Assembly: GCA_016186645.1 (NCBI GenBank)
Contig: JACPLF010000006.1
Coordinates: forward strand, 124,808-188,807
Source: Candidatus Levyibacteriota bacterium
Lineage (GTDB): Bacteria; Patescibacteriota; Microgenomatia; Levybacterales; UBA12049
Direction: 5' to 3'
Length of the DNA: 64,000 nucleotides
Under the pieces are notes generated by a model that ran no database searches, was not told the origin of the DNA, and saw nothing but the letters and a program-made list of their open reading frames with translations. Both the position numbers and the translations under genes were made by a program. Below, one piece after another: positions 1 through 9,852 of this stretch. Positions within the stretch are counted from its first letter, which is position 1. Every line of letters begins with the position of its first letter.

Positions 1-1
1 A

Positions 2-154
2 GGTTTTCGTGAAGGACAGGAAGTAGATCGAGAAGTCAATGGCAGAAATTACAAACCGTTTTTAAATAGATTAAAAGATTTTCAAAGAGTTGCAGAAAAG
101 GCAAGAAAAGAATATTTGGAAAGAATGGCAGTTGCAGGGAAAGAAAGCATCTAA
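2..154 (+). CDS. 3' end of a hypothetical protein (partial, runs in from the window edge)
   Basis: Open frame GFREGQEVDREVNG...AGKESI* ending at TAA 152-154; not in the ORF track because no start is in the window. Confidence 0.55.
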   Translation, partial: GFREGQEVDREVNGRNYKPFLNRLKDFQRVAEKARKEYLERMAVAGKESI

Positions 155-162
155 AACTACAG

Positions 163-189
163 CACTATCTAGTGATGGAGTATTGTAAA
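163..189. repeat. 27-bp intergenic repeat, copy 1 (copy 2 at 7327-7353)
   Basis: cactatctagtgatggagtattgtaaa vs cactatctagtgttggagtattgtaaa, one mismatch. Confidence 0.85.
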
Positions 190-228
190 GTTCCCCTAGT
201 TTCCTTTTTCTTGATATAATTCTTAACA

Positions 229-1338
229 ATGAGAGTGGCGTTGGTTTATGATAGGGTGAATAAGTGGGGAGGGGCGGAGAGAGTTTTGTTGGCGCTTCAT
301 AAGCTGTTTCCCGATGCACCTCTTTATACTTCGGTTTACGACAAGAAAAAAACCCCATGGGCGAGCGTATTTAATGTAAGAACTTCGTTTCTGCAAAGAT
401 TACCATTTGCCATGAACCATGAACTATTTGCTGTCCTAATGCCTTTGGTATTTGAGAGTTTTGATTTTGATGAATATGATTTGGTAATTTCTGTGACATC
501 GGAGGCGGCAAAAGGAATTATTACCAAACCCAAAACAAAACACATTTGTTATTGTCTAACGCCAACGCGTTATCTTTGGAGCGGATATGATGAATATTTC
601 AAGAATCCTGTTTTAAGACTTTTATCAAAACCTGTTGTTTGGTATTTAAAATTTTGGGACAAAATCGCAGCACAACGTCCAGATGCATATATTGCAATTT
701 CAAAAGAAGTGCAGGGGAGGATTAAAAAATATTATGGAAGAGAATCAACTGTCGTGTATCCGCCAGTAGAAGCGTTCAGTTTGTTAGCGTCTAGCGTTCA
801 GTTGGGAAATAAAAAACTAGACGCTGACTTACTAGACGCTGAACGCTCGTATTTTTTAATAGTGTCACGTTTGGTGCCATACAAGAAAATAGATTTGGCG
901 ATAAAAGCTTTTAACGAATTGAAGTTGCCATTGAAAATAATTGGGACGGGTTCGGAAACGGGAAGCCTTAAGAGAATAGCAAAATCAAATATTGAGTTTT
1001 TGGGTAACTTGACGGATAAAGAGCTAGTAGGGTATTATAGAGCCTGTCGCGCTCTGGTTTTTCCAGGCATTGAAGACTTTGGATTAACTATATTGGAAGC
1101 CCAAAGTTTTGGCAAACCTGTCATAGCTTTTAGAGCAGGCGGATCGCTTGAGACAATCATTGAAGGAAAAACCGGAATATTTTTTAATGAGCCAAATATT
1201 GAAAGTTTAACCAAAGCAATAAAGCAATTTAACAATATGAAATTTGATCCAAAAGATTGCATAGAACAGGCCAGTAAGTTTAGTTTTGAAATGTTTAAAA
1301 AACAATTTATGAGTGCTATTAACAATATAGCAATTTAA
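229..1338 (+). CDS. Glycosyltransferase family 4
   Basis: GGAERV N-terminal motif, SRLVPYKKID, EDFGLTILEA donor-binding motif. Confidence 0.93.
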   Translation: MRVALVYDRVNKWGGAERVLLALHKLFPDAPLYTSVYDKKKTPWASVFNVRTSFLQRLPFAMNHELFAVLMPLVFESFDFDEYDLVISVTSEAAKGIITKPKTKHICYCLTPTRYLWSGYDEYFKNPVLRLLSKPVVWYLKFWDKIAAQRPDAYIAISKEVQGRIKKYYGRESTVVYPPVEAFSLLASSVQLGNKKLDADLLDAERSYFLIVSRLVPYKKIDLAIKAFNELKLPLKIIGTGSETGSLKRIAKSNIEFLGNLTDKELVGYYRACRALVFPGIEDFGLTILEAQSFGKPVIAFRAGGSLETIIEGKTGIFFNEPNIESLTKAIKQFNNMKFDPKDCIEQASKFSFEMFKKQFMSAINNIAI

Positions 1339-1352
1339 CAATATAGCAATTT
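1321..1352 (+). repeat. Perfect 2x16-bp tandem repeat (8-bp periodic) spanning the GT4 stop and ending at the manC start
   Basis: aacaatatagcaattt twice. Confidence 0.85.
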
Positions 1353-2417
1353 ATGTCTATGAAGATTATTATTTTTGCAGGCGGAGTAGGAACAAGACTT
1401 TGGCCTTTATCTCGAAAAAACAGCCCAAAGCAATTTGAAAAAATATTGGGGGATAAATCTACATTACAACTCGCAGTTGAGCGTCTGCGTCCTGATTTTG
1501 AGTTTTCCGATATTCATATTGCAACTGGTAAAAGATACGAAAAAATAATAAGGGAACAACTTCCTCAAATCCCAGCTGACAATTTTATTTTTGAACCCTC
1601 AGTTAGAGACGTAGGTCCTGCTGTTGGTATGGCGGTATCAATTATCGGAAAAGGTCATCCCAATACACCTGTTGCAATTTTGTGGAGCGACCATTTTGTT
1701 AAGAAAGAAAGACGTTTTCGTGAAGTTTTACATTTCGCGGAAGACCTAGTCAAAAAAAATAACAACTCACTTATTCTAATTGGACAAAGAGCAAGATTTG
1801 CAAATCAGAATTTGGGATGGATAGAATTTGGTGAGGAGACAGCTGAGATTAGAGGGACAAAAATTTTCAAATTCAAGAAATTGATTTACAGACCAACACT
1901 CGAACAGGCAGAGAGTTTTCTAAATCAAAATTTTGCCTGGAATCCGGGATATTTCGTCACAACACCAAAATTTTTATTGTCTCAATTCGAGAAATTTACC
2001 CCGGACTTGTATAGAGGTATTGTAAAAATAAAAGACGATAAGAGCTTGAATAGAATATATCCGACACTTGAAAAAATAAGTTTTGATAATGCAATTTTGG
2101 AAAAAATAGATCCTAAATATGTATCTGTTATTGCCGCAGATTTGGGCTGGAGCGATGTCGGAGCATGGGAAGCATTGAAAGAAGCTTTAGAGAAAGCATC
2201 AACGGAAAATGTTACCAAAGGCAAGGTCCTTATGACTGATGCTACCGACAACTTAGTTTTTAATTATACTGACCAATTGGTGGTAGGTATAGATTTAGGA
2301 AAAATGATTGTAATAAATACAGATGACGTTTTGCTTATCTGCCACAAAAATTCCGTTCCTAAAATAAAAAAACTCGTTGAAAAATTAGAAAATACGCCGC
2401 ACGAACATCTCACGTAA
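1353..2417 (+). CDS. manC: Mannose-1-phosphate guanylyltransferase
   Basis: AGGVGTRLWPLSR..PKQF, WSDH, ISFDNAILEK, GWSDVGAW, C-terminal beta-helix. Confidence 0.9.
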   Translation: MSMKIIIFAGGVGTRLWPLSRKNSPKQFEKILGDKSTLQLAVERLRPDFEFSDIHIATGKRYEKIIREQLPQIPADNFIFEPSVRDVGPAVGMAVSIIGKGHPNTPVAILWSDHFVKKERRFREVLHFAEDLVKKNNNSLILIGQRARFANQNLGWIEFGEETAEIRGTKIFKFKKLIYRPTLEQAESFLNQNFAWNPGYFVTTPKFLLSQFEKFTPDLYRGIVKIKDDKSLNRIYPTLEKISFDNAILEKIDPKYVSVIAADLGWSDVGAWEALKEALEKASTENVTKGKVLMTDATDNLVFNYTDQLVVGIDLGKMIVINTDDVLLICHKNSVPKIKKLVEKLENTPHEHLT

Positions 2418-2420
2418 ACT

Positions 2421-3095
2421 ATGTTTGACACAGATGTTACAGAAATAAAAAAAAGCATCTATTTTGCATTCGGCAAGAGGATGATGGATATAATTTTTTC
2501 TATCTTGATGCTTACTTTCTTTGCTCCTTTAATTTTGATAATAGCCATAGCAATAAGACTTGATACCAAAGGTCCAGTCTTGGCAGATACCCCTCGAAGG
2601 GTGGGGAGGAACGGGAAACTTTTCAAAATGTATAAATTCAGATCCATGGTTGAAAATGCGCATGACATTCTGCGGGAAAACCCCAAATATTCAAACTTAT
2701 ATAACGTTTACAAAAAGGGGAGTTATAAGTTAAAAAATGATCCGCGCATTACAACTGTTGGCCGTTTTATTCGTAAGCATTCTCTCGATGAAATTCCCCA
2801 AGCTTTGAATATTTTACGAGGCGAGATGAGCTTGGTTGGTCCTCGTGCTTATTATCCAGATGAGTTGCGCAATCAGCAGAAAAAATATCCTCATACAACT
2901 GATTCTGTTAAGATTGTGCTTTCGGTCAAACCCGGAGTGACCGGCTTCTGGCAGGTTTCAGGACGATCGGAAATAAATTTTGATAAGCGTATTAAAATGG
3001 ATGCATCCTATGTCAGGAAAAGGTCTCTTCTTTATGATCTTTGGATTATCGTAAGGACCCCTTGGGCAATGATTACAGGCCGCGGCGCCCTCTAA
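2421..3095 (+). CDS. Initiating polyprenyl-phosphate sugar phosphotransferase (Bac_transf domain)
   Basis: [51 protein letters not shown]. Confidence 0.93.
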   Translation: MFDTDVTEIKKSIYFAFGKRMMDIIFSILMLTFFAPLILIIAIAIRLDTKGPVLADTPRRVGRNGKLFKMYKFRSMVENAHDILRENPKYSNLYNVYKKGSYKLKNDPRITTVGRFIRKHSLDEIPQALNILRGEMSLVGPRAYYPDELRNQQKKYPHTTDSVKIVLSVKPGVTGFWQVSGRSEINFDKRIKMDASYVRKRSLLYDLWIIVRTPWAMITGRGAL

Positions 3096-3136
3096 TCTTT
3101 GTTGCTTTTCAGACAGTTTAATGTTATAATATTTAT

Positions 3137-3379
3137 ATGGATGTGAATAAAAGAGAAAGTGAACAGCCAAAACAAGCTCCAACCGAAGCTTCAAGAGGAT
3201 TTTTGACGCGTTTTTTTGCGAGTGATTTGGCTATAGCCACTGTCGGTTCAGGGACACTTTTACTTTTGACAGGCATAAATTTTGCACGAGGGGACATCGC
3301 GACAGCCCAAGTCGGTAGTTTTGGGTTAGGTCTTATGGCAGTCGCTAAGATTTTGTCAGAAAGACGAAAGCAAGATTAA
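3137..3379 (+). CDS. Small two-TM hypothetical protein
   Basis: 80-aa ORF with two hydrophobic segments; TATAAT 6 nt upstream. Confidence 0.6.
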   Translation: MDVNKRESEQPKQAPTEASRGFLTRFFASDLAIATVGSGTLLLLTGINFARGDIATAQVGSFGLGLMAVAKILSERRKQD

Positions 3380-3741
3380 TGAACAACCATAATATTTTAT
3401 TAAAAATACTTGAAATAATTGGGTACAGCGACGATAAAGACGCTTTTGTAGATGAGTTTTTGAAAAATGTTCAAATGCAGTCAGTTATTGACTTAATCCA
3501 GTCATTGCCCCAAGATAAACAATCAGAAATTAAAGAAAAACTTGCCCAAATTCAAAATGACCAGAATAAAGCTTCAGATTTACTCAAAGCCTATTTTACA
3601 GAGGAACAAATACAAGAAGCTCTGAAAAATTCTTCAAAAAAAGCAATGGAAGAATATATCAAAGCTATAAACCCAACCCTATCTTCAGCCCAAAAAAATA
3701 ATTTAATTACGTTCTCCCAACAGATCAACCCCTCAGCCTAA
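3379..3741 (+). CDS. Hypothetical helical protein
   Basis: 120-aa ORF coupled to the upstream ORF by a TAATG overlap. Confidence 0.7.
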   Translation: MNNHNILLKILEIIGYSDDKDAFVDEFLKNVQMQSVIDLIQSLPQDKQSEIKEKLAQIQNDQNKASDLLKAYFTEEQIQEALKNSSKKAMEEYIKAINPTLSSAQKNNLITFSQQINPSA

Positions 3742-3807
3742 ACAAAAAAACTAATTTAGATTAAGTTGGATTTGACAGGACTTAGGTTTTTTGCTTATTA
3801 TTAATAG

Positions 3808-5769
3808 ATGGAAGGATTTAATAAGATTGATTTGCAAACTCCTCCCCAATCTTCAGATCCTATCGTTGTTGATAATAGACCAAAGGCAAAAACAAGAAAA
3901 GCTCTTCCCAAAAAATCACTAATTGTTCTTGGGGTTTTGGGAATTGCAATACTCTTTTTTGGATTAATTCTCCTATCTCCAATACAAAAAGCTTATTCCG
4001 ATGCCAAAGCTACATTTACGCAAGTGAAGATCACGGTAGATGCATTGAAAAAACAAAATATAGATTTGGCATCAACAGAGCTTGATAAGACCAAAGTAAG
4101 CTTGACTGCGACCCAAAAAAGCCTAGACGCAATGGGTTATCTTAAATTCATCCCTATCGCGGGCATGTACTATGGCGACGCACAGCATCTAACCAAAGCC
4201 GGATTTTATGGGCTGTCAGCAGCTAGAGTTCTTATTGATTCCATTGCTCCTTATGCTGATTTATTAGGACTAAAAGGGCAGGGAAGTTTTGTTGGAGGCA
4301 CAGCTTCACAGCGCATAGAAACAGCAGTCAGAACCATGGGTAAAATAACCCCTCATATTGATGATATTGCTAAGCACGTAGAGGGCGCAAGACGCGAAAT
4401 AGATGCTGTTAATTCCAATCATTACTTCTTTTCATCAAAAATTAAAACCCAATTATCACAAGTTCAGCAACTAGTTGACGAAGGGGTTACATTTGTTACT
4501 GATGCAAGACCTCTTATTAAAATCCTGCCTTCCCTTTTGGGGGATCCTAAAGAGAAAAAATACTTGGTACTTTTCCAAAACGACAAAGAACTAAGACCAA
4601 CAGGCGGATTTATAACAGCTTATGCGATTTTTAGAATAGATAAGGGTATTATTCACGTAGATAGATCAGATGATATTTACACCTTGGACAATGGGATTTT
4701 TGGCAAACCCAAGGCGCCGGCCCCCATTCTTAAATACCTTCCAAATGTTACAACTTTGCATTTAAGAGATTCCAATTTGTCTCCGGATTTTATAGCCTCC
4801 ATGGATACGTTTAATGCTCTGTACAAAAACGCAACTGGATATGTCCCTGTGGATGGAATTATTGCTTTGGATACAAATGTTCTGGTCTCAACAATCAAAA
4901 TATTGGATGATGAAGTTTATGCAGGAGGAGTAAGATTTACCAGTAAAACCGACCCTCGCTGTGATTGTCCCCAGGTTATTTATGAGCTTGAACGTCTTGT
5001 TTCAACACCCAAAAGCGTTGATCTAAAAGTAACTACACTTGCAGCTGTTCAGGCCCAAAGAAAAGATCTTATCGGAACGCTTTTATATGCGATTATGGAT
5101 AAGGCTCTTAAATCTTCACCCAAACTATATTGGGGACCTTTATTTCAGGACATGCTTACACAAGTTGAGCAAAAACACATTATGTTCTATATCTACAATA
5201 AAGATGCGCAGTCAGGCGTTGAATCGCTGAATGCAGCGGGCAGAATAATGCCGTTTGAGGGAGACTATTTGCATATCAATCAGGCCAATTTTGGCGGAGC
5301 AAAATCCAATCTATTCGTACAGGAAGCTGTAATTCAAAATTATGAACTGGGCTCGGATGGAATAATAACCAAAAAAATTACAGTGAATTACAAAAATCCG
5401 CATGCTCCATCGGACTGCAATCTGGAACGCGGAAATCTTTGCATAAATGCGGTTTTGAGAGATTGGATAAGGGTATATGCACCAAAAGGAAGTAAATTAG
5501 TTGACAGTAAGGGGTCGGAAGTCAAAATGACGTCTTATGACGAATTAGGCAAAACAGTTTTTGAGGGTTTTCTTACAGTTAGGCCAAAAGGAGCTGCAAC
5601 CTTCTCTGTATCTTATACTTTGCCATTTAAAGTTGAAAAAGGGTCCATCCCTCTTCTTATACAAAAACAGCCGGGAACCGGAGGTAATGAATACACACTT
5701 CAAGTTAGAGGAACCAAGATTGATAGTTTTCCGCTCTTAACAGACAAAGAGTTAAAAATTAAACTCTAA
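3808..5769 (+). CDS. DUF4012-family membrane-anchored extracellular protein
   Basis: N-terminal TM, YLVLFQNDKELRPTGGFI, RDSNLSPDF, VDGIIALD, KQPG near the C-terminus. Confidence 0.82.
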   Translation: MEGFNKIDLQTPPQSSDPIVVDNRPKAKTRKALPKKSLIVLGVLGIAILFFGLILLSPIQKAYSDAKATFTQVKITVDALKKQNIDLASTELDKTKVSLTATQKSLDAMGYLKFIPIAGMYYGDAQHLTKAGFYGLSAARVLIDSIAPYADLLGLKGQGSFVGGTASQRIETAVRTMGKITPHIDDIAKHVEGARREIDAVNSNHYFFSSKIKTQLSQVQQLVDEGVTFVTDARPLIKILPSLLGDPKEKKYLVLFQNDKELRPTGGFITAYAIFRIDKGIIHVDRSDDIYTLDNGIFGKPKAPAPILKYLPNVTTLHLRDSNLSPDFIASMDTFNALYKNATGYVPVDGIIALDTNVLVSTIKILDDEVYAGGVRFTSKTDPRCDCPQVIYELERLVSTPKSVDLKVTTLAAVQAQRKDLIGTLLYAIMDKALKSSPKLYWGPLFQDMLTQVEQKHIMFYIYNKDAQSGVESLNAAGRIMPFEGDYLHINQANFGGAKSNLFVQEAVIQNYELGSDGIITKKITVNYKNPHAPSDCNLERGNLCINAVLRDWIRVYAPKGSKLVDSKGSEVKMTSYDELGKTVFEGFLTVRPKGAATFSVSYTLPFKVEKGSIPLLIQKQPGTGGNEYTLQVRGTKIDSFPLLTDKELKIKL

Positions 5770-5792
5770 TTTATACTGAGCTTGCCGAATGT

Positions 5793-6344
5793 ATGAGAAC
5801 TTATAAAATAGAAGGAATTGTTTTGAAGCGGAGAAATCTGGGTGAGGCAGACAGAATATTGACAGTTTTAAGCAGGGAATCTGGAAAGATTTTTATTAAA
5901 GCTCCTGGGGTCAGACGAATTCCAAGCCGCAGATCCTCCCATGTTGAACTGTTAAACCTTTCACAACTAACTCTGTATAAAAGCTCACGAAGCTTTATGC
6001 CGTTAGTGACAGAAGCTCAGACTCTTGAAGACTTTTCTCTTATTAAGTCAAGTCTTCGCAAAATTGGATGTGCTTTTTATATTTGTGAGCTGATAAATGG
6101 TTTGTGTCCGGAGAATCAGGAGAACAAGAGTGTATTTTTTCATCTGAAATCTACTCTTTTGGCGCTTAACGAGACCTCAAACGCTTTTGATCTTGTAAAA
6201 AAGTTTGAAAAAGATCTTTTGAAGGAACTCGGATTTTGGTCAGAGGCAAAACTTCTTAAGACTCAAGACTCGAGAACAGTTATGGAGAGGTTGTTAGAAA
6301 GAAAACTTAAAACTATACGTGTCATGCCGCTTTTCGCCGTTTAA
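5793..6344 (+). CDS. recO: DNA repair protein RecO (short form)
   Basis: EGIVLKRRNLGEADRIL...GKI.IKAPGVRR. Confidence 0.92.
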   Translation: MRTYKIEGIVLKRRNLGEADRILTVLSRESGKIFIKAPGVRRIPSRRSSHVELLNLSQLTLYKSSRSFMPLVTEAQTLEDFSLIKSSLRKIGCAFYICELINGLCPENQENKSVFFHLKSTLLALNETSNAFDLVKKFEKDLLKELGFWSEAKLLKTQDSRTVMERLLERKLKTIRVMPLFAV

Positions 6345-6750
6345 TCAAAGCTTTAAAAGTTAAAATATCTGCAATTAATAAGACTATAGAATAAAATCCA
6401 TAAATAATAGCGGTTGAAATATTAACGTTTATAAACACAAAAAAGAAAAATAAAACCATTAATGAAAACAAGAACAATCCGATTAGTGAAGATAATTTAG
6501 CTAGAGTTCTCATGTTTGGAAAAATTAATCCCAAAATATTAATCACCCCAATAATCCCAATAACCAAAAGAGTCAAATGGTAAATCTCAAAAGTAACTGG
6601 CCAACTCACTCCAGAAAAAGACCCCATCATTTCCAAATAATGCGGAAACCTAAAAGGCATGAAGTAAGGTTGAGGAAAAATATGTGTTGGGATAATAAGA
6701 ATCGCACCTAAAATAAAAATAAAAAGATAAAGAATTTTTAACTCTTTCAT
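6322..6750 (-). CDS. Four-TM hypothetical membrane protein bounded by 13-bp direct repeats
   Basis: 142-aa hydrophobic ORF; start and stop both fall in TCATGCCGCTTTT repeats. Confidence 0.75.
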   Translation of the reverse strand: MKELKILYLFIFILGAILIIPTHIFPQPYFMPFRFPHYLEMMGSFSGVSWPVTFEIYHLTLLVIGIIGVINILGLIFPNMRTLAKLSSLIGLFLFSLMVLFFFFVFINVNISTAIIYGFYSIVLLIADILTFKALIKRRKAA

Positions 6751-6775
6751 GCCGCTTTTTCTTGTTAAGAAATAG
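6747..6775 (+). repeat. Displaced copy of the recO 3' end
   Basis: TCATGCCGCTTTT identical to 6322-6334; reads (F)MPLFLVKK* vs recO VMPLFAV*. Confidence 0.75.
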
Positions 6776-6833
6776 TATAGAGAGTTTGGATTCCATTGAC
6801 AACTACCTTATAATGTGATATTGTTTGAACGTT

Positions 6834-7073
6834 ATGGTAATGAAGGAAGCATTTTCTCAAGCGGCAAGGCTTCCGGAAAATCAAGATCTAGCAAAACAGC
6901 TCCTAATTAAAGAAGTGGAAAAAGAGTGAAGCCGCTGGCGTAAAAGACCCCGAGCCAAGAGTTGTAATATCTGGAGAAATCCCAGCTAGATCAAAAGTGT
7001 TAATACCCCGAATACCTAGCCTTGAAGAGAGTAATGCTGTTGAAGAAGGCAGAAGATGGCTTGGTCAAGATTG
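6834..7073 (+). pseudogene. Probable frameshifted small hypothetical gene
   Basis: ATG 6834 reads MVMKEAFS...EVEKE*; another frame continues EAAGVKDPEP...WLGQD* to 7073; TTGACA upstream. Confidence 0.35.
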
Positions 7074-7234
7074 ATTTTGGGTTTTTCCTCTGGTAGTGCC
7101 TTCTAAGAAATAAGTTTTTGAATTCCTGGTTTTTTTGGATTTTTCTTCTTGGTTTCCGTTTTTGTTATACGCCTTTTTGATAGGCGGTGTGGGATTAAAT
7201 TGATAATTTTATCCACCCCATGTGATTACAAAGG

Positions 7235-7248
7235 TACGCTATAGCGTA
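7235..7248. promoter_or_regulatory. Perfect 14-bp palindrome TACGCTATAGCGTA, operator-like (also at 34922-34935)
   Basis: Identical palindrome at two accessory intergenic regions, each with outer complementary arms. Confidence 0.6.
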
Positions 7249-7326
7249 GTCTTGTAATTATATCGGATGAGTTCTCTATAAGTAATTTAATGCTTCAATT
7301 TCGTCCACATCCAAATATTTCTTCAT

Positions 7327-7353
7327 CACTATCTAGTGTTGGAGTATTGTAAA
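7327..7353. repeat. 27-bp intergenic repeat, copy 2
   Basis: Matches 163-189 with one mismatch. Confidence 0.85.
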
Positions 7354-7460
7354 TAATTAAGTTCACACATTAAAGGTGTAAAGCTAAAAATCTGTTATTG
7401 TAAGGTTTAGAAAAAGAGTCAATTATTTTGTGCTATAATTTAAAAGTGGATACAAATTTA

Positions 7461-8798
7461 ATGGAAAAAATTGTCGCTTTGTGCAAAAGGCGCGGATTTA
7501 TTTATCCGGGATCGGAAATTTATGGGGGAATTACTGGATTTTGGGACTATGGACCGCTCGGAGTTGAATTGAAAAACAATATTAAGCGGGAATGGTGGAA
7601 AAGCATGGTTTATGATAGAGATGACGTGGTGGGAATTGATGCGGCGATCATAATGAACCCCGAAGTTTGGAAATCCTCAGGGCATTTAGAAGCATTTACG
7701 GATCCTCTTAGGGAATGTAAGCTGTGTCATCAACGTTTTCGAGAAGATCATTTCAGGGAATTTTTAAAACATGTACCAAAAGGAGTTGGTAATGTTGCGC
7801 CAAGAAAAGAATTTGTTAGCATTTTTTACTGTAAAGATGGAAAATACCATAAGTGGGAAAATCTTACTGAGCCCAAAGTTTTTAATCTATTAACAGAAGT
7901 ATTTTTAGGTGTAACTGAACCAAAACAAAAAGCATATCTTCGGGGAGAAATTACGCAGGGAGCTTTTGTTAATTTTAAAAACGTTGTTGATTCGACAAGG
8001 ATTAAAATTCCTTTTGGAATCGCACAAATTGGAAAAGCTTTCAGGAACGAAATAACTCCAGGAAATTTTACTTTTAGATCCAGGGAATTTGAGCAGATGG
8101 AGCTTGAGTTTTTTGTTGAGCCAAATGAAAAAGAGGCAGTAAGATGGTTTACTAAATGGAAAGAAGAACGAATGCAATGGTATGTATCGCTTGGAATGAA
8201 TGAAGAAAAGCTTCGGTTTAGAAAACACGGTGATACAGAACTCGCTCATTATGCGAAAGCAGCAGAGGATATTGAGTACGAAGCCTCATTTGGATGGTCG
8301 GAGTTTGAGGGAATACACAATAGGGGAGATTGGGATTTGTCAAAACATAAGCTTACTTATAAGGATGAGGAAACTGGAAAAGAACTTACTCCTTGGGTTA
8401 TTGAAACATCTGGAGGGGTTGACAGATCAACCTTGTTCTTTTTGATAGATTCGTACTTTGAAGATGCAAAACGTGTAGTGCTTAAACTTCATCCAAAACT
8501 TGCGCCTTACAAAGTCGCTGTGTTTCCTTTGTTGGCAAATAAACCTGAATTGGTTGAAAAAGCAAAGGGAATTTATAAAGACTTAAAGAAAAGTTTTGTT
8601 GCTACTTATGACGGACGCGGAAATATAGGAAAGAGATATTTTGCGCAGGATGAAATCGGTACGCCATTCTGTATCACAGTTGATTTTGAAACTTTGGAAA
8701 ACGATACAGTTACAATTCGGATTCGGGATACAATGAAGCAGGAAAGAGTAAAAATTGACAATCTTACTTCTTATATCTTAGAAAAGATTAAAAAATAA
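7461..8798 (+). CDS. glyS: Glycine--tRNA ligase, homodimeric (eukaryote/archaea-type)
   Basis: LCKRRGF.YPGSEIYGG..G.WDYGPLG, IAQIGKAFRNEITP, REFEQMELE, anticodon-binding domain; start moved to ATG 7461 because the upstream TTG overlaps a TGnTATAAT promoter. Confidence 0.95.
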   Translation: MEKIVALCKRRGFIYPGSEIYGGITGFWDYGPLGVELKNNIKREWWKSMVYDRDDVVGIDAAIIMNPEVWKSSGHLEAFTDPLRECKLCHQRFREDHFREFLKHVPKGVGNVAPRKEFVSIFYCKDGKYHKWENLTEPKVFNLLTEVFLGVTEPKQKAYLRGEITQGAFVNFKNVVDSTRIKIPFGIAQIGKAFRNEITPGNFTFRSREFEQMELEFFVEPNEKEAVRWFTKWKEERMQWYVSLGMNEEKLRFRKHGDTELAHYAKAAEDIEYEASFGWSEFEGIHNRGDWDLSKHKLTYKDEETGKELTPWVIETSGGVDRSTLFFLIDSYFEDAKRVVLKLHPKLAPYKVAVFPLLANKPELVEKAKGIYKDLKKSFVATYDGRGNIGKRYFAQDEIGTPFCITVDFETLENDTVTIRIRDTMKQERVKIDNLTSYILEKIKK

Positions 8799-8867
8799 TA
8801 TTTTGCCATCTTGACAAAATCCTGACAATTTGTAGAATAAAATTAGCATTACTTAAAATTTATTTAG

Positions 8868-9212
8868 ATGGTAAGATCTGAAGCATTAACAACTCCTCAT
8901 GTTTCTGAAAGTATTCAAACGGCAATTGAGCCCGCGAAACTTAAGACCCAATTAAGAGCAGAGCAAATCTTTGTATCGCCAGATGATATATTGTTGACTG
9001 AATACGGAAGCAGTCTGCAAGCAGTCATTGTGTTTGAGGGAATGCTTGAAAATCCAGGAGAAGGCATTAGCGATGGACGAATCAGAGAAATTAAATCAGA
9101 AATTGAAAAATTATGTCAAGTAAGCGGTATAGACGTATTAGATAAAGATTTAAGATCCCAATTTAAGAACATAGTTACAGCGCGATTAGCAGGTAAAAAC
9201 ACACAAACATAA
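8868..9212 (+). CDS. Hypothetical protein
   Basis: 114-aa ORF with its own TTGACA...TAGAAT promoter. Confidence 0.65.
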   Translation: MVRSEALTTPHVSESIQTAIEPAKLKTQLRAEQIFVSPDDILLTEYGSSLQAVIVFEGMLENPGEGISDGRIREIKSEIEKLCQVSGIDVLDKDLRSQFKNIVTARLAGKNTQT

Positions 9213-9252
9213 TCTTGACAAAAGATTTAGTGTTGATACAATTAATTAAGGA

Positions 9253-9708
9253 ATGAAAAATAAAAATTTGATTATATTTTTGATTGTTGGAGCGGTTGTT
9301 TTGGTTGGCGGGGGATTTTTGGTTTTGTCAGGTAATAAAAAAGCAGAGCCTGTGGTTGACCAAGCTCCGCTTGAGGATCAAATTTCTATAATCAAACCGG
9401 AAGACATAGGATTGACCCTAACAGCATCAAGTGACAACAGAAAAGTAATACTGGAAGTTAAAAAAACAGAGGGACTAGCAGGTCTTGATTATGAATTATC
9501 TTACACTTCAAAAGGAGATATTCCGCGAGGAGTAATAGGACATATAGATGTGAGGCAGCCAGGGCAATTGGTAAAGCAGGAAATAACTTTAGGCACATGT
9601 TCTGATGTTTGCCATTACGATGAGGATGTTTCAGACATAAAAGTTATTCTAAAAGTTGCGAAAGCGGACGGAACTGTCTCTCAGGTCGAAAAATCCCTCG
9701 AACTTTAA
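9253..9708 (+). CDS. Membrane-anchored hypothetical protein with a Cys pair (LGTCSDVCHYD)
   Basis: N-terminal TM followed by a beta-rich domain. Confidence 0.75.
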   Translation: MKNKNLIIFLIVGAVVLVGGGFLVLSGNKKAEPVVDQAPLEDQISIIKPEDIGLTLTASSDNRKVILEVKKTEGLAGLDYELSYTSKGDIPRGVIGHIDVRQPGQLVKQEITLGTCSDVCHYDEDVSDIKVILKVAKADGTVSQVEKSLEL

Positions 9709-9790
9709 CGTTTAATATCTAAATCCAAGTTTCAATAACTACATCTTGCGTATTCTACTTTGCAGAACACTATTTTATCGTTTTAGTATC

Positions 9791-9852
9791 TTGACAAGTG
9801 GGAAAAAGTGGCTCAAAATGATAATAAGTGGGACAAAGTGGGAAAAGGTGGA
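9791..9852 (+). promoter_or_regulatory. dcw promoter with MraZ-binding GTGGG direct repeats
   Basis: TTGACA at 9791; GTGGG/GTGGC/GTGGA at 9798, 9808, 9828, 9838, 9848 (10-bp period), matching known MraZ boxes. Confidence 0.85.

Noticed and set aside
7080-7460. T-box leader for glyS (also checked before ileS)
   Set aside because: No T-box consensus or antiterminator; the promoter lies about 20 nt from the glyS start
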